Below, one piece after another: positions 11,666 to 22,849 of a stretch of 60,000 nt of DNA. Position numbers and translations under genes: made by a program. The notes below the pieces were generated by a model. The model was given only the letters and a program-made list of their open reading frames with translations. It was not told where the DNA came from and searched no databases. The stretch lies in contig NC_086109.1 of the NCBI RefSeq assembly GCF_963921235.1, forward strand, positions 11,410,001 through 11,470,000, in the 5' to 3' direction. Position 1 is the stretch's first letter. Each line of letters begins with the position of its first letter. The stretch comes from Mobula hypostoma. Taxonomy: Eukaryota.

Positions 11666-13936
11666 ATGGAGATTGAGGAATTTCTAAAGGCGCCGACCTT
11701 GGAGGCATTAGAGGATGCCAGGAAAGCGGAATTGGCAGCTGTGGCCAAACGGTTGAATCTTGTTAAGGGGAAGTCGACAGTGAGGAGAGAGGAGATGCAC
11801 AGAGCTATCGTAGAGCACTATGTATCTAAAGATGTGTTTCCCCAAGGGAAGCTGGAGGTGATATCTATTGGAACACTTAGTGGAGACGCAGTACAGGTGC
11901 AGCTTGAAAAACTGAGACTCGAGCACGAGTTCCGGGTACAGCAGCTAGAACACGAAGAGAAAGAGAAACAGTTAGAACAGCAGGAGAAAGAGAAAGAGAG
12001 GCAGTTGGAGCGAGAGGAGAAACAGAGGGAAAGGGAATTCGAGCTGGAAAGATTAAAGATAAGGACAGAACAGGGGCCCATGCCAAACCAAGGTGGAGGG
12101 TTCAGGGCGACCCAGGAGGTTAGGCTGGTTCCCCCATTTGACGATACCGATGTGGATCGGTACTTTCTCCATTTTGAAAAAGTTGCTGCAAGTCAGGACT
12201 GGCCGAGGGATAAGTGGGCTGTTTTGCTTCAGAGTGTACTGAAAGGGAAAGCCCAAGAAGCTTACTCAGCTTTGTCTGCGGAAGATGCCCAGAGGTATGA
12301 GGTGGTGAAAGAGGCCATCCTCAGTATTTATGAGTTGGTCCCGGAGGCATACCGGCAGAGGTTCCGGAATGCGAGGAAGCAGTGGGACCGCATGTATTTA
12401 GAGTTTGCCTGTGAGATGCAGACATATTGTGAGCGTTGGTGCACCTTGAAGGGGGTAAATGGGGATTATGACAGACTGCTACAGCTGATCCCGATTGAGC
12501 AGTTTAAAGGTTGTGTCCCTGAAGGTATGAGACCCTACCTAGATGAGAAAGAGGCAGCCACGTTAGCCGCAACTGCTAAGTTAGTGGACGAGTATGCGTT
12601 GATGCATAAAGTGAAGTTTGCCCCGAGTAAAGGCTACCAGAAGGGTAGTTGGGACGGCGGGGAGAGTCCGCCAGAAAAGTCAGTAAGTAAGCCGGGGACT
12701 AGTGAGAAGGATAAGGTAGACCGGGAGCAGTCTGGTAGGAAGTCTCCTGGGGTCGTCTGTTATAATTGTGGGAAAGTCGGACACTTTGCGTCCAGGTGCT
12801 TTGCCCCAAAGAAGGAGACGGGGAAAGGAAAAACGGCGATTTCGACTGGCTGTATTGAGCTGGTGAACAAACAGCTAGGAGAGGAAAGGTCTGCCAAAGT
12901 TCAGGAAGGGCACGAGAGGTTTATCTTGGCCGGATGGGTGTCGGTGAAGGAGGGGTTAAACCCAGTTCCAGTACGGATCTGGAGAGACACGGGAGCGTGT
13001 CAGTCATTCATATTAAAGGGTGTGTTAGACTTTAGTTCAGAGACTGAGACTGGGAACGTCAGGGTCATAAAAGGCATTGGGAAAGGGACTGAGGCAGTCC
13101 CTTTGCACCAGATACACCTACAGAGCAACTTGGTCTCTGGACTAGTCACGATCGGGGTGAGAACCGAATTACCGATGAAAGGCGTGGAAGTCTTGCTCGG
13201 TAATGACCTCGCCGGGGGAATTGTGTTCTCAGCAGTGAGACTGACAGGTCAGCCTGCCAGCATTGAGGCCCCGCCCATGGACTCACAGGTTCATCCCGGT
13301 TGCGCAGTGACTCAGCGTGTGTCCAGAAAAACTGCCGAAGTAAATTTAGCTGAGACGTTTCTACCAGCCTTGTACCAGGAGGAGGTAGAAAGTGAAAAGG
13401 AGGAGTGTAGTGAAACAGGAGGAAGTGAGGGAGCTGAGACAGGCTTAGCATTAGCCAGGAAGGATTTTGTACAGGCGCAGGAGCGAGACGAGGAGGTGAT
13501 GGTTTCGGCGGAGACAGCTCTCTCTGAAGCAGGATTAAAAAGAGAGCCAGTAGGCTATTGTGTGGAGGAGGGAGTGTTACGGAAGAAAGGGAGACCAAGT
13601 ACCATACCCACAGATGAGGAATGGGGGATGGTGCCAAAAATTTATCGGGATGAGATTCTTAACCTGGCCCACAAGACACCCCTCGGTGGACATTTTGGGG
13701 GGAGGGAAACAGTCGGCGGAATTATGAAAGAGGTTTACTGGCTGCACAGGAGGAAGGATGTTATTGACTATTGCAGACGTGAGTTAACACAGTTAGAGGC
13801 TATTAGCATGTTAAAAGCCCACCACGATCAGAGAACAGATCTAGCTGGTGATATCATGAAAATTAATGAGGCTAAGGTGCCACCTGATAAGGGGAGGACC
13901 CATTTTGAAAAGTTAAGTGTGGTGCCGACCAGATGA
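11666..13936 (+). CDS. gag: Gag-protease polyprotein with SCAN-like capsid, CCHC knuckle, aspartic protease and integrase Zn-finger remnant
   Basis: Uninterrupted ORF (ATG at 11666): coiled coil, LVPEAYRQRFR, LIPIEQF, CYNCGKVGHFASRC, RDTGACQS, LAHKTPLGGHFG..YW..DVIDYC. Confidence 0.88.
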   Translation: MEIEEFLKAPTLEALEDARKAELAAVAKRLNLVKGKSTVRREEMHRAIVEHYVSKDVFPQGKLEVISIGTLSGDAVQVQLEKLRLEHEFRVQQLEHEEKEKQLEQQEKEKERQLEREEKQREREFELERLKIRTEQGPMPNQGGGFRATQEVRLVPPFDDTDVDRYFLHFEKVAASQDWPRDKWAVLLQSVLKGKAQEAYSALSAEDAQRYEVVKEAILSIYELVPEAYRQRFRNARKQWDRMYLEFACEMQTYCERWCTLKGVNGDYDRLLQLIPIEQFKGCVPEGMRPYLDEKEAATLAATAKLVDEYALMHKVKFAPSKGYQKGSWDGGESPPEKSVSKPGTSEKDKVDREQSGRKSPGVVCYNCGKVGHFASRCFAPKKETGKGKTAISTGCIELVNKQLGEERSAKVQEGHERFILAGWVSVKEGLNPVPVRIWRDTGACQSFILKGVLDFSSETETGNVRVIKGIGKGTEAVPLHQIHLQSNLVSGLVTIGVRTELPMKGVEVLLGNDLAGGIVFSAVRLTGQPASIEAPPMDSQVHPGCAVTQRVSRKTAEVNLAETFLPALYQEEVESEKEECSETGGSEGAETGLALARKDFVQAQERDEEVMVSAETALSEAGLKREPVGYCVEEGVLRKKGRPSTIPTDEEWGMVPKIYRDEILNLAHKTPLGGHFGGRETVGGIMKEVYWLHRRKDVIDYCRRELTQLEAISMLKAHHDQRTDLAGDIMKINEAKVPPDKGRTHFEKLSVVPTR

Positions 13937-13939
13937 GAG

Positions 13940-14655
13940 ATGTCTATTATTTTGACCCGTTTTGCTGATAAGGTCTCTCACCTAACCCCTGAAAAAAGCG
14001 GGCCATTGATAAAGCTAATTAACCGGCACGCGCATGTAGGTCTAGACATCCTGAGGCGATGCAAAGCGCTGGGACATGGAGCTGTTGTCACATCAGCTCA
14101 GCCTAGTGAGCAACACCCCTATAGAATGATTAATTCAGTGACAAACGAGCTAAAGAACACAGAAGTGTATATTGGCAATGTAGTGGTCTGGAGTGACACG
14201 TGGGAAGCCAGCCTGACAGTAAACCTCGCAAAGAGTGAATTCAGCCATGAAAAAGTCACTTATCTGGGAATTGTGGTAGAACAGGGGCAGCTGGCTCCGA
14301 TGCAAGCTAAGGTGCGGGCTATCGCTGAAGTCCCCACCCTGACAGACAAGAGAGCCCTGAGAAGGTTCTTGGAGATGGTGGGGTACTATCGGAAGTTTTG
14401 CAGAAAAAAAACAACTTTGCGGATAGGACCCACCCTCATACTAAGCCCTTGCCAAAGAATGCTAAGTTGGTATGGGACAACCCTTGTTATCTGTGTCTGG
14501 GGCGAAAACCACTGAGAAGTGACACTGATTACAATTCATTAGTGTTTTCGGCCACTATGAAGTTTGCTAAGTTGGAGCCTGGTTTGAGAGGATTATTAAA
14601 ATAACACATATAAAAGGAACAGAAAATGTGATTGCTGACTGTCTGTCAGGTGTTG
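13940..14655 (+). pseudogene. pol: Deleted RT/RNase H remnants
   Basis: LTVNLAKSEF..VTYLG, RRFLEMVGYYRKF, then ITHIKGTENVIADCLS just before the PPT; no YxDD. Confidence 0.8.
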
Positions 14656-14773
14656 ACAACTTAAAATTCTCTGTATTAGCCAAATAGCTGATGAAGATGT
14701 ATATTTGTGTGTATCTAATAATGTATTCATGGTTATAATTTTTACCACGGTAAAAAGCCTTAAAGGGGAGGGG

Positions 14774-15668
14774 TGTGACGAAAGTACACATAGACTAAGA
14801 TGTTGACTGTCCTGTGCTATCACCAGTGGGATCAACAGTTGATCTGCCACCTGTCTTCAGGAGAGAGATAAGTAAGACAATGGAGCAGCATTTGGAAATG
14901 TTAATGAAGAGACGAGAGAGATTAACGGAAGGAGACACCGGTCTGAGATTGTCAAGACCGGCTCCTTTTTGAACCCTGAACTGTTTGAAGTGATGGACAG
15001 GCGATACCCCAACAGGGGGGATAAAAAGGGACGGGTTCGCTAAGGCAACAGACACCACACGAGACACCACTCATGACACCACGAGGTATCGAGACCCTGG
15101 AAGCGGTGCGCCCCCACAGGTCGGTGGGAGTTTTGGAGGGCTGGTCATGGGACCAGCCATAGACGCACAGGGTGGAAAGGTACGGTCGGCGGCAACCTAG
15201 TGTGTGTGTCCACCCTTGCCTGGGTGCTGGGTTCACCGCAGAGGAACGATCGTATCTGAAAACGGAGGGGTCACAGTCGGTGATCTCAGAAGACATTACA
15301 AAGGGCTTGCCCGAAAGCTAACTGCGAGAAATATCAAAGGTCTGTTGAATCCGATTTGAATATCAGCATTCGCTCGCGCGCGCTCTCTCTCTCTCTCTCT
15401 CTTCATTGGCACAACAACGATTGCTGCGAACTGAACTAAACTGAACTCTGTCACTTGTGATTGAACATTTTACCCCTAGACTGCGATAGAGCTTGATTAA
15501 TCCTATTATCCTAGTTCTGTGTACATGTGTGTTTATTCAGTGCTAACCTGTTGCATTTATATCCTTACTATTAGAGTACTGTGTTGCTTATTTCTTTAAT
15601 AAAACTTTCTTAGTTCCAGTAATCCAGACTCCAACTGAGTGATCCATTTCTGCTGGTTTGGCAACCCC
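14774..15668 (+). repeat. 3' LTR (last ~20 bp lost)
   Basis: Direct repeat of 10651-11547, preceded by the PPT. Confidence 0.92.
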
Positions 15669-15807
15669 AAGTACACTAGATCCCAAGTATCTTTAAAACA
15701 GGCAATAAAATTAGTCTCCCCCTCCTTCTTTTGCTGACATTAAGTTACTTCTCCAAAGTCATTGTGTTGCCTAGTGTGAGAGATTGGCATCTTTTGCTCT
15801 GTTCAGC

Positions 15808-15867
15808 TAATATTTACAATTCTTACAGGTAATATTTACAATCCCTACAGGTAATATTTACAATCCC
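15808..15867. repeat. 22-bp tandem repeat, about 2.7 copies
   Basis: taatatttacaat(t/c)c(t/c)tacagg repeated. Confidence 0.85.
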
Positions 15868-16104
15868 TTTTCCCCTATGGTTGGCCAACCAGTTACTGTG
15901 GTCCCTTCTTCTGTTCCACCTCTTATTCTTCTTCTCAGACTCAGGGGTGGTCACTGGCCGGTGTGGGACAGCTCTGGCACCTGCGTCCGGTCTTGACTCA
16001 TCTTCCTCGAGTGAGTCTCATGGATGGGCCTGCCTTTTCCCAGTGTTGACTCTTATCCTCTCGAGCGAACCTCATGGGTGCATTCAGAATCCCGTCTCAT
16101 AGGG

Positions 16105-16122
16105 ATCCCATCCTTGCGGCCA
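16105..16122 (-). promoter_or_regulatory. Probable PBS (tRNA-Ser-like) of ERV A
   Basis: TGGCCGCAAGGATGGGAT vs tRNA-Ser(GCU) PBS TGGCGACGAGGATGGGAT (15/18); 6 nt from a candidate LTR end. Confidence 0.55.
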
Positions 16123-16476
16123 AATTACTGTTAAAGAACTTACTGTAAAAGAATTTCATCATCAGTTTACTGTGAGAGACTTTATTTTGTTAGGGAACAG
16201 AAATAATGACACAGACCTTGTTATAAGGTTAACCCTTTAATACGTGATCATGGGGAGCCATTGTCTTACGACTCCACCAATGTTTGGACAATAGCCAATA
16301 GTTAAACATACTTGGTCAGCGATTTCAAGAAGCACTTGTTAGTATCAGCAAGTCTACCAATGTCACCACCTATACACAAAATTAGAAATGCATGTCTACA
16401 TTTAGTTCCTCTAACTGCTACTTGCTAGACATTCTAGGGAAAAGGTTAACCACACCTCAGTCAGCCATGATCTATA

Positions 16477-17947
16477 CAGATTTCCCCCACCATCCGAAGG
16501 TAGAGCGTTCCTATGAAACGGTTCGTAAGCCGAAATGTCGTAAAGCGAAGAAGCAATTACCATTTATTTACATGGGAAAATTTTGTGAGAGTTCACAGAC
16601 CCAAAAATAGAAACATGGAAACATAGAAAATAGGTGCAGGAGTAGGCCTTTCGGCCCTTCGAGCCTGCACCGCCATTCATTATGATCATGGCTGATCATC
16701 CAACTCAGAACCCCATACCTGCCCTCTCCCCATACTCCCTGATCCCTTTAGCCACAAGGGCCTTATCTAACTCCCGCTTAAATATAGCCAATGAACCAGC
16801 CTCAACTGTTTCCTGCAGCAGAGAATTCCACAGATTCACCATTCTCTGTGTGAAGAAGTTTTTCTTCATCTCAGTCCTAAAAGGCCTCCCCTTTATCCTC
16901 CAACTATGATCCCTCGTTCTGGACTTCCCCAACATTGGGAACAATCTTCCTGCATCTAGGCTGTTCAATCCCTTTAGAATTTTATACGTTTCATCACCTC
17001 TGATCTGGGCCGACAATTACGTGCTAGGTGGCACCTAATTAATTAGCATGTTTATTTCGGCTTTTTTCTTAAAGATGTGCTGTGTGCCTCCCAGCTACTG
17101 CTGCGTTCTTCGCGAATCAGTACAGTATCTGTCCAGGGCCCGGGGGTTGGGGTGGTGGGACACGGGGGTGTCATCTCGTCGTCGATCAGAGCAGGCAGCT
17201 CATCTTCTCCTATGACTGCCTACCTTAATGTCGAAGGTCGAGGTTCATCGTCTGCTGTGGCTGATGTGGAAGGCTTGCTTGACTGCTGAGCCTCACGCAG
17301 TTTTCTATCATACAGTTGTTTGTAAGCACTCAAACCATCCTGCAAATATCCCCTAAACCTACAAGCAACATACATCAAAGTTGCTGGTGAACATACCCTT
17401 TCAAAATTAAAGTCGTACTTTATCATTGCAGCGAAAATCTCATGCAGTTGCTTCACTTTCTGCATTCGGTTTGGATTGTTATCCTTTCCTCTTCCAATTG
17501 CATCAGCTCCTCATCTATCAGTTCTTGGTCATGGGATGCCAAAACCTCTTCAACATCATCTTCATCAACTTCCACAAACCAAACTCACTTTGTCCTTGCT
17601 TCGTTCACCACAATCGAAATGCTTAATTATGTCTAGTTTTTCGCTAAGTGTAACACCCTTACAAGCTCTTTCAGGCTTTTCCGACACCTTAGAACACATC
17701 TTGCTAATAGCTGCTCAATGCAACGGGGTTCAGCAATGCTGTTCCAAATCTGGGGCAGAGCGGCTGCTCAAGGCGCACGCTGCCTTTTATCGCGCGCTGA
17801 TTTTTTCGTGCGCTGATTTTTTATTGCGTGCTGCCTTTCTTCGTAACAGTGAAAACACCTTCTGAAAGCGAAAACAGGATACTAATGTAGGTCTTTCGTA
17901 ACAGTGAGGTTTCGTAAAGCGAACGTTCGAAAAGCAGGGGACACCTG
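16477..17947 (-). mobile_element. Internally deleted Tigger/pogo DNA transposon
   Basis: TA TSDs; imperfect CAG..TCCCC TIRs; N-terminal HTH remnant (VTLSEKLDIIKHFD) joined to the acidic C-terminus (VDEDDVEEVLASHDQEL). Confidence 0.8.
16608..16993 (-). mobile_element. CR1 3' fragment nested in Tigger
   Basis: ETYKILKG..FFTQRMVNLWNSL and tail; close to the 3' end of the intact CR1 at 43-47 kb. Confidence 0.9.
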
Positions 17948-18224
17948 TATCTAGCTATTGTTAGCTCACACATGCAAGGCAGCATCTGCATTTTATCTTT
18001 AGCCATCATGACCCAAGTCTTTTAAGCAATACTTAGCTTGTTAAGCTTGACAACAAACTTTAATTTTCTTAATTTTCTTCCGCAAGGACACATAGTTTCT
18101 CAGGATGGAGAGGCTATGCCAAGACCCAAGAAAGTCAGGGCTCTGCCTTCATTCATTGCATTCTGTGGGTACTACCAGAGATTTGTGAAGGGCTACCCCA
18201 GAGCAAGCCCCCTTTGAATCAATC

Positions 18225-21026
18225 TGCACGATTACAGATTGTCAGGTATGATGTTGTGGCCATCACTGAATTGTGGCTGAAGGATGGCTGTAGTTGGGAC
18301 CTGAACGTTCAAGGTTACATGTTGTATCAGAGGTATAGGAAGGTTGGCAGAGGGGGTGACGTGGCTCTATTGGTAAAGAATGGCATTAAATCAGTAGGAA
18401 GATGTGACCTAGGATTGGAAAATGTTAAATCCTTGTGGGTTGAGTTAAGAAACTGCAAGGGCAAAGGGACCCTAATGGCAGTTATATACAGGCCTCCCAA
18501 CAGCAGCTGGGATGCGAACCACAGATTACAACGGGAAATAGAAAAAGCGTGTCAAAAGGGCAATGTTATGATATTTGTGGGAGATTCCAACATGCAGGTC
18601 AATTGGGAAAATCAGGCTGGTAATGGATCTCAAGAGAGTGAGTTTGTTGAATGCCTATGAGATGGCTTTTTAGAACATTTTGTCGTTGAATCTACTAGGG
18701 GATCAGCTATAATAGATTAGGTGTTATCTAATGAACCGGAAGTGATTAGGAAGCTTGAGGTAAAAGTACCCTTAAGAGGCAATGATCAAAATATGATTGA
18801 GTTCAACTTGAAATTTGATAGGAAGAAGGTAAAGTCTGACGTAGCAGTATTTCAGTGGAGTAAAGGAAATGACAGTGGTATGAGAAAGGAGTTGGCCAAA
18901 GTAAATTGGAAGGAGATGCTGGCAGGGATAACAGCAGCACAGCAATCGTGTGAATTTCTAGGAAAAATGAGAAAGGTGCAGAATAGTTGTATTCCAAAAA
19001 CAAAGAAATACTGAAATGGCAAAATAATACAACCATGGCTGACAAGGGAAGTCAAAGCTAATGTAAAAGCAAAAGAGAGGGCATACAACAAAGTAAAAAA
19101 ATTATTGGAAAGTTAGAGGATTGGGAAGCTTTTAAAAGTCTACAGAGAGCAACTGAAAGAGTAATTAGGAGGGAACCAATGAAATATGAAAGCAGGCCAG
19201 CAAACAATATCAAAGTGGATTTTAAAAGATTTTTCAAATAAGTAAAAAATAAAAGAGAAATGTGAGTGGATATAGGACTCTTTAGAAAATGAGGCCCAGA
19301 GAAATAATAATGGGGACAAGGAGATAGCAGATAAACTAAATGAGTCTTCACTGTGGAAGACACTAGCAGTTTGCCAGATGTTGAAGGGTGTGTGGGAAGA
19401 GAAGTGAGTGCAGTTACTATTACAAGGGAGAAGGTGCTCAAAAAGCTGAAAGACCTAAGGGTATGTAAGTCACCTGGACCAGATGAACTGCACCCTAGGA
19501 TTCTAAAAGGTAGCGGTAGAGATTGTGGAGGCATTTTAGTAACAATCTTTCAAAAATCATTAGACTCTGGCGTGGTGCCAGAGGAGTGGAAAACTGTAAA
19601 TGTCACTCCACATTTTAACAAAGGAGGAAGGCAGCAGAAAGGAAATTATAGACCTTTTAGCCTGACCTCAGTGGTTGGGAAGATGTTGGAGTCAATTGTT
19701 AAGGATGAGGTTGTGGTGTACTTGGTGACACAGGACAAGATAGGAAAAAGAGAACATGAATTCCTTAACAGAAAATCTTGTCTGAAAAGCCTTTTGGAAA
19801 TCTTTGAGGAAATTACATGTAGGATAGATAAAGGGGATGCAATGGATATTGTATATTTGGACTTTCAGAAGGTCTTTGACAAGGTGCCACACATGAGGCT
19901 GCTTACCAAGTTAAGAGCCCATGATATTACAGGAAAGTTAATGGCATGGTTAGAGTATTGGCTGATCGGTAGGAGGCAGCGAGTAGAAATAAAAAGATCC
20001 TTTTTTGGTTGGCTGTCTGAGACTAGTGGTGTTCAGCGGGGGTCAGTGTTGTGTTTTATGTGTGTATCAATAATTTAGATGATGGAATAGATGTCTTTGT
20101 TGCCAAGTTGCAGATGATATGAAGATTGGTGGTGGGGCAGGTAGTGTTGAGGAAACAGGTCGGCTGTAGGAGGACTTAGACAGATTACCAGAATGGACAA
20201 GAAAGTAGCAAATGAAATACAATGTTGGAAAATGCATTGTCATGCAGAAATAAATATGCAGATGATTTTCTAACTGGGGAGAAATACAAAAATCTGAGAT
20301 GCAAAGGGACTAGGGAGTCCTTGTGCAGAACAACCCAAAGGTTAACTTGCAGGTCTAATTGGTGGTGAGGAAGGCAAATGTAATGTTAGCATTCATTTCA
20401 AGAAGTCAAGAATACAAGAGCAGATGAGATGCTGAGGCTTTATAAGGTACTGGTGAGGCCTCACCTTGAGTATTTGAACTGTTTTGGTCTTCTCATCTAC
20501 AAAAAGGTGTGCTGGCATTGGAGAGCATTCAGAAGAGTTTTCACAAGGATGATCCTGGGAATGAAAGGGTTATCATATGAGGAATGCTTGATATCTCTGG
20601 GTCCCTACTCCCTGGAATTCAGAAGGAAAAGAAATGATCTCATTGAAACCTTTTGAATGTTGAAAGGCCTAGACATGGTAGATGTGGAAAAGATGTTTTG
20701 CATGGTGGGACAGTCTAGGACAAGAGAGCACAGCCTCAGTTTATAGGGGCGTCCATTTATAACAGAGATGCAGAGAAATTCCTTTAGCCAGAGGGCGGTG
20801 AACTTGTGGAATTTATTACCACAGGCAACCGTGGAGGCCAGGTTGTTGGGTGTATTTAAGGCAGAGCTTGGTAGGTTTTTGTTTGGACATGGCATCAAAG
20901 GTTACGGGGAGAAGGACAGGAAGTGGGGCTGAGGAGGGGATAAAAAAGGATCAGAAATGATTGAATGGTGGAGCAGACTCGATGGGCCATATGGCTTAAT
21001 AATGCTCCTGTGTCTTATGGTCTTAT
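18225..21026 (+). mobile_element. 5'-truncated, decayed CR1 LINE (endonuclease + RT)
   Basis: VAITELWL, IYRPPN, KSPGPDELHPR, YLDFQKVFDKVPH; tcttatgg tail. Confidence 0.92.
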
Positions 21027-22849
21027 GATCTTACTCCTGTGTGGTTACCCTCTCTGAGTGAAGAAAGAAAGGAGAACAAAGGGAGAAGCCAAAGTTTTTC
21101 TTGGCCCTTCGGAGACTTTTGTGCAAAGTTGGGATGCAAATGAGAAGAAGTATTTCAGCTGTTGAAAGAGTCGCTAACTAAAGCACCTCTGCTTGCCTTT
21201 GCAAAACCCCAGTTGCTGTCTGTACTGAACACGGACGCAAGCCATGAAGGATTAGGCGGCATTTTAAATCAGGACCAAGGTAAAGGGCTGTGTCCTGTTG
21301 CTTTCATCAGCTGGAGTCTGTTGCTATCTGAGTGGAACTACCCTGTGCACATATTGGAGCTCCTGGCATTGAAGTGGGCAGTGGTAGACAAATTAAATAA
21401 CTATCTATACGGTCCCAAGTTCGAGGTGAGGACTAACAACAATCCACTGACTTATATTTTGCCTTTGGCAAAACTGAATGCCACATACCATTGCTGGTTG
21501 GCAGCGTTGTCTGTTTATGATTTCAGCCATAAGTATCGGCCAGGACGTCAGACTATTGATGCCGCTGTGTTGTCATGATGTTCTCATGAGATGCTGGCAA
21601 TGGAGGGAGAATAGGAGGACATTCCTGCCTCTGGTGTTAAAGCAATGTGCCAGTTTTCCACAATTGGAAAATCAGGGCAAAGTTTACGGCCTGATAGAGT
21701 TGTTGATCGTTTGGGAGCTTCTAGCCATGCCATTCCACAGGCATATTGCAACGTGACCATGCTGAATACGAAACAGTTGCCCACCTTGCGTCCGGCTGAA
21801 TTAGTACCAGCACAACAAGATGACCCTTGTATAGGTGGCATCTGATCATCTGTTGTCAAAGGGCATATGGCTCAAGATGAGAAGACAAAACATGCTATTG
21901 TACCCCTAGTGATGAGGGAATGCGACAAACTGGAGTTGTGGAACAAAATTCTACACACGCTTACATCTCCTCCAAGCAGAACTCATCGTTCACAATTGGT
22001 TTTGCCTGAGAAGTACCGGGAGATTGTACTGAGCTCACTTCATGTTGATTCAAATCACCTGGGGTTTGCCAAGATCTAAGGATCGGTCCAAAGTTGGTTC
22101 TGTCGGCCATGGTTGAAGCCTGAAGTTGGAGATTACTGTAAGTCATGTGTCATCCTCCGGCTCGGCCAGCACGTGTTCATCTAGGGGAAGACAACTTCTG
22201 GCCCCGCCAAACTGAGGAATCTTGTTTGTGTGGACACTGCATGATGTGTTGCCCGGTTACAAATCCGCACCGCAAAATATCAGACGGTACACCATATGCA
22301 ATTAAATGACTGGACTTTATAAATCTTAATCTGAATATAGGGTTAGTAAAGAAAATAAAAAGGGCCCATTTTAAGAGAAAAGTCAAAAGTGCACGTTGGA
22401 GCTCACAAATACGGCCATTCCTCAACCATCGACCTCGCTCCCGGTCCACTCCATCCGGTGGTCTCCCAGCTCTCTCCACGCGTTCTCTCTCTTCCTTCTT
22501 CTCCTCTCGCTGACCAAAAGACCGCGAAAATCTCTCTTCCAGACTCGCAGGAAATAACATTTCTCTCATTGTGATGGAGTGAAGGGATAGGTAAGTGGGG
22601 CTATAGACTAAGAACAATGATGAACTGATGATCAATCACCTTGTAGGCGCCTTAGCTTACTGTATTGGACAGTCAGAAAGAATCTTTACCCAGCAACCGG
22701 TGACTTGGCCCCAGTTTAATTCGATGATATTGCAGTGCCTCCCCGAGGGTGTGTCCAAGGCTATTAGAACTGATGCGGACTGGCCCGACAAGGAACAAGC
22801 AGGCCATGAAAAGGGCAGTTGAGCATTTTTGGAGTCGCGGTAGGGATTC

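Larger units (their letters stand above)
10651..15668 (+). mobile_element. Gmr1-like Gypsy LTR retrotransposon, internally deleted, two LTRs
   Basis: LTR pair, degenerate tRNA-Pro-like PBS (11570-11588), PPT aaaggggagggg (14762-14773); domain order gag-PR-IN remnant-RT remnant-RH remnant. Confidence 0.92.
16129..18084 (-). repeat. Probable 5' LTR of ERV A, split by a Tigger insertion
   Basis: TG..CA ends on minus, AATAAA at 16181-16186, adjacent PBS; about 485 bp once the insert is removed; no partner LTR in the window. Confidence 0.45.

Noticed and set aside
10734..15296. Duplicated ORFs MSSEV/ITDCDPSVF (10734..11177 and 14952..15296, minus)
   Set aside because: Antisense ORFs that recur only because they lie in the two LTRs; they diverge by frameshift
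15808..15867. CRISPR-like repeat array
   Set aside because: Head-to-tail repeats without spacers in eukaryotic DNA
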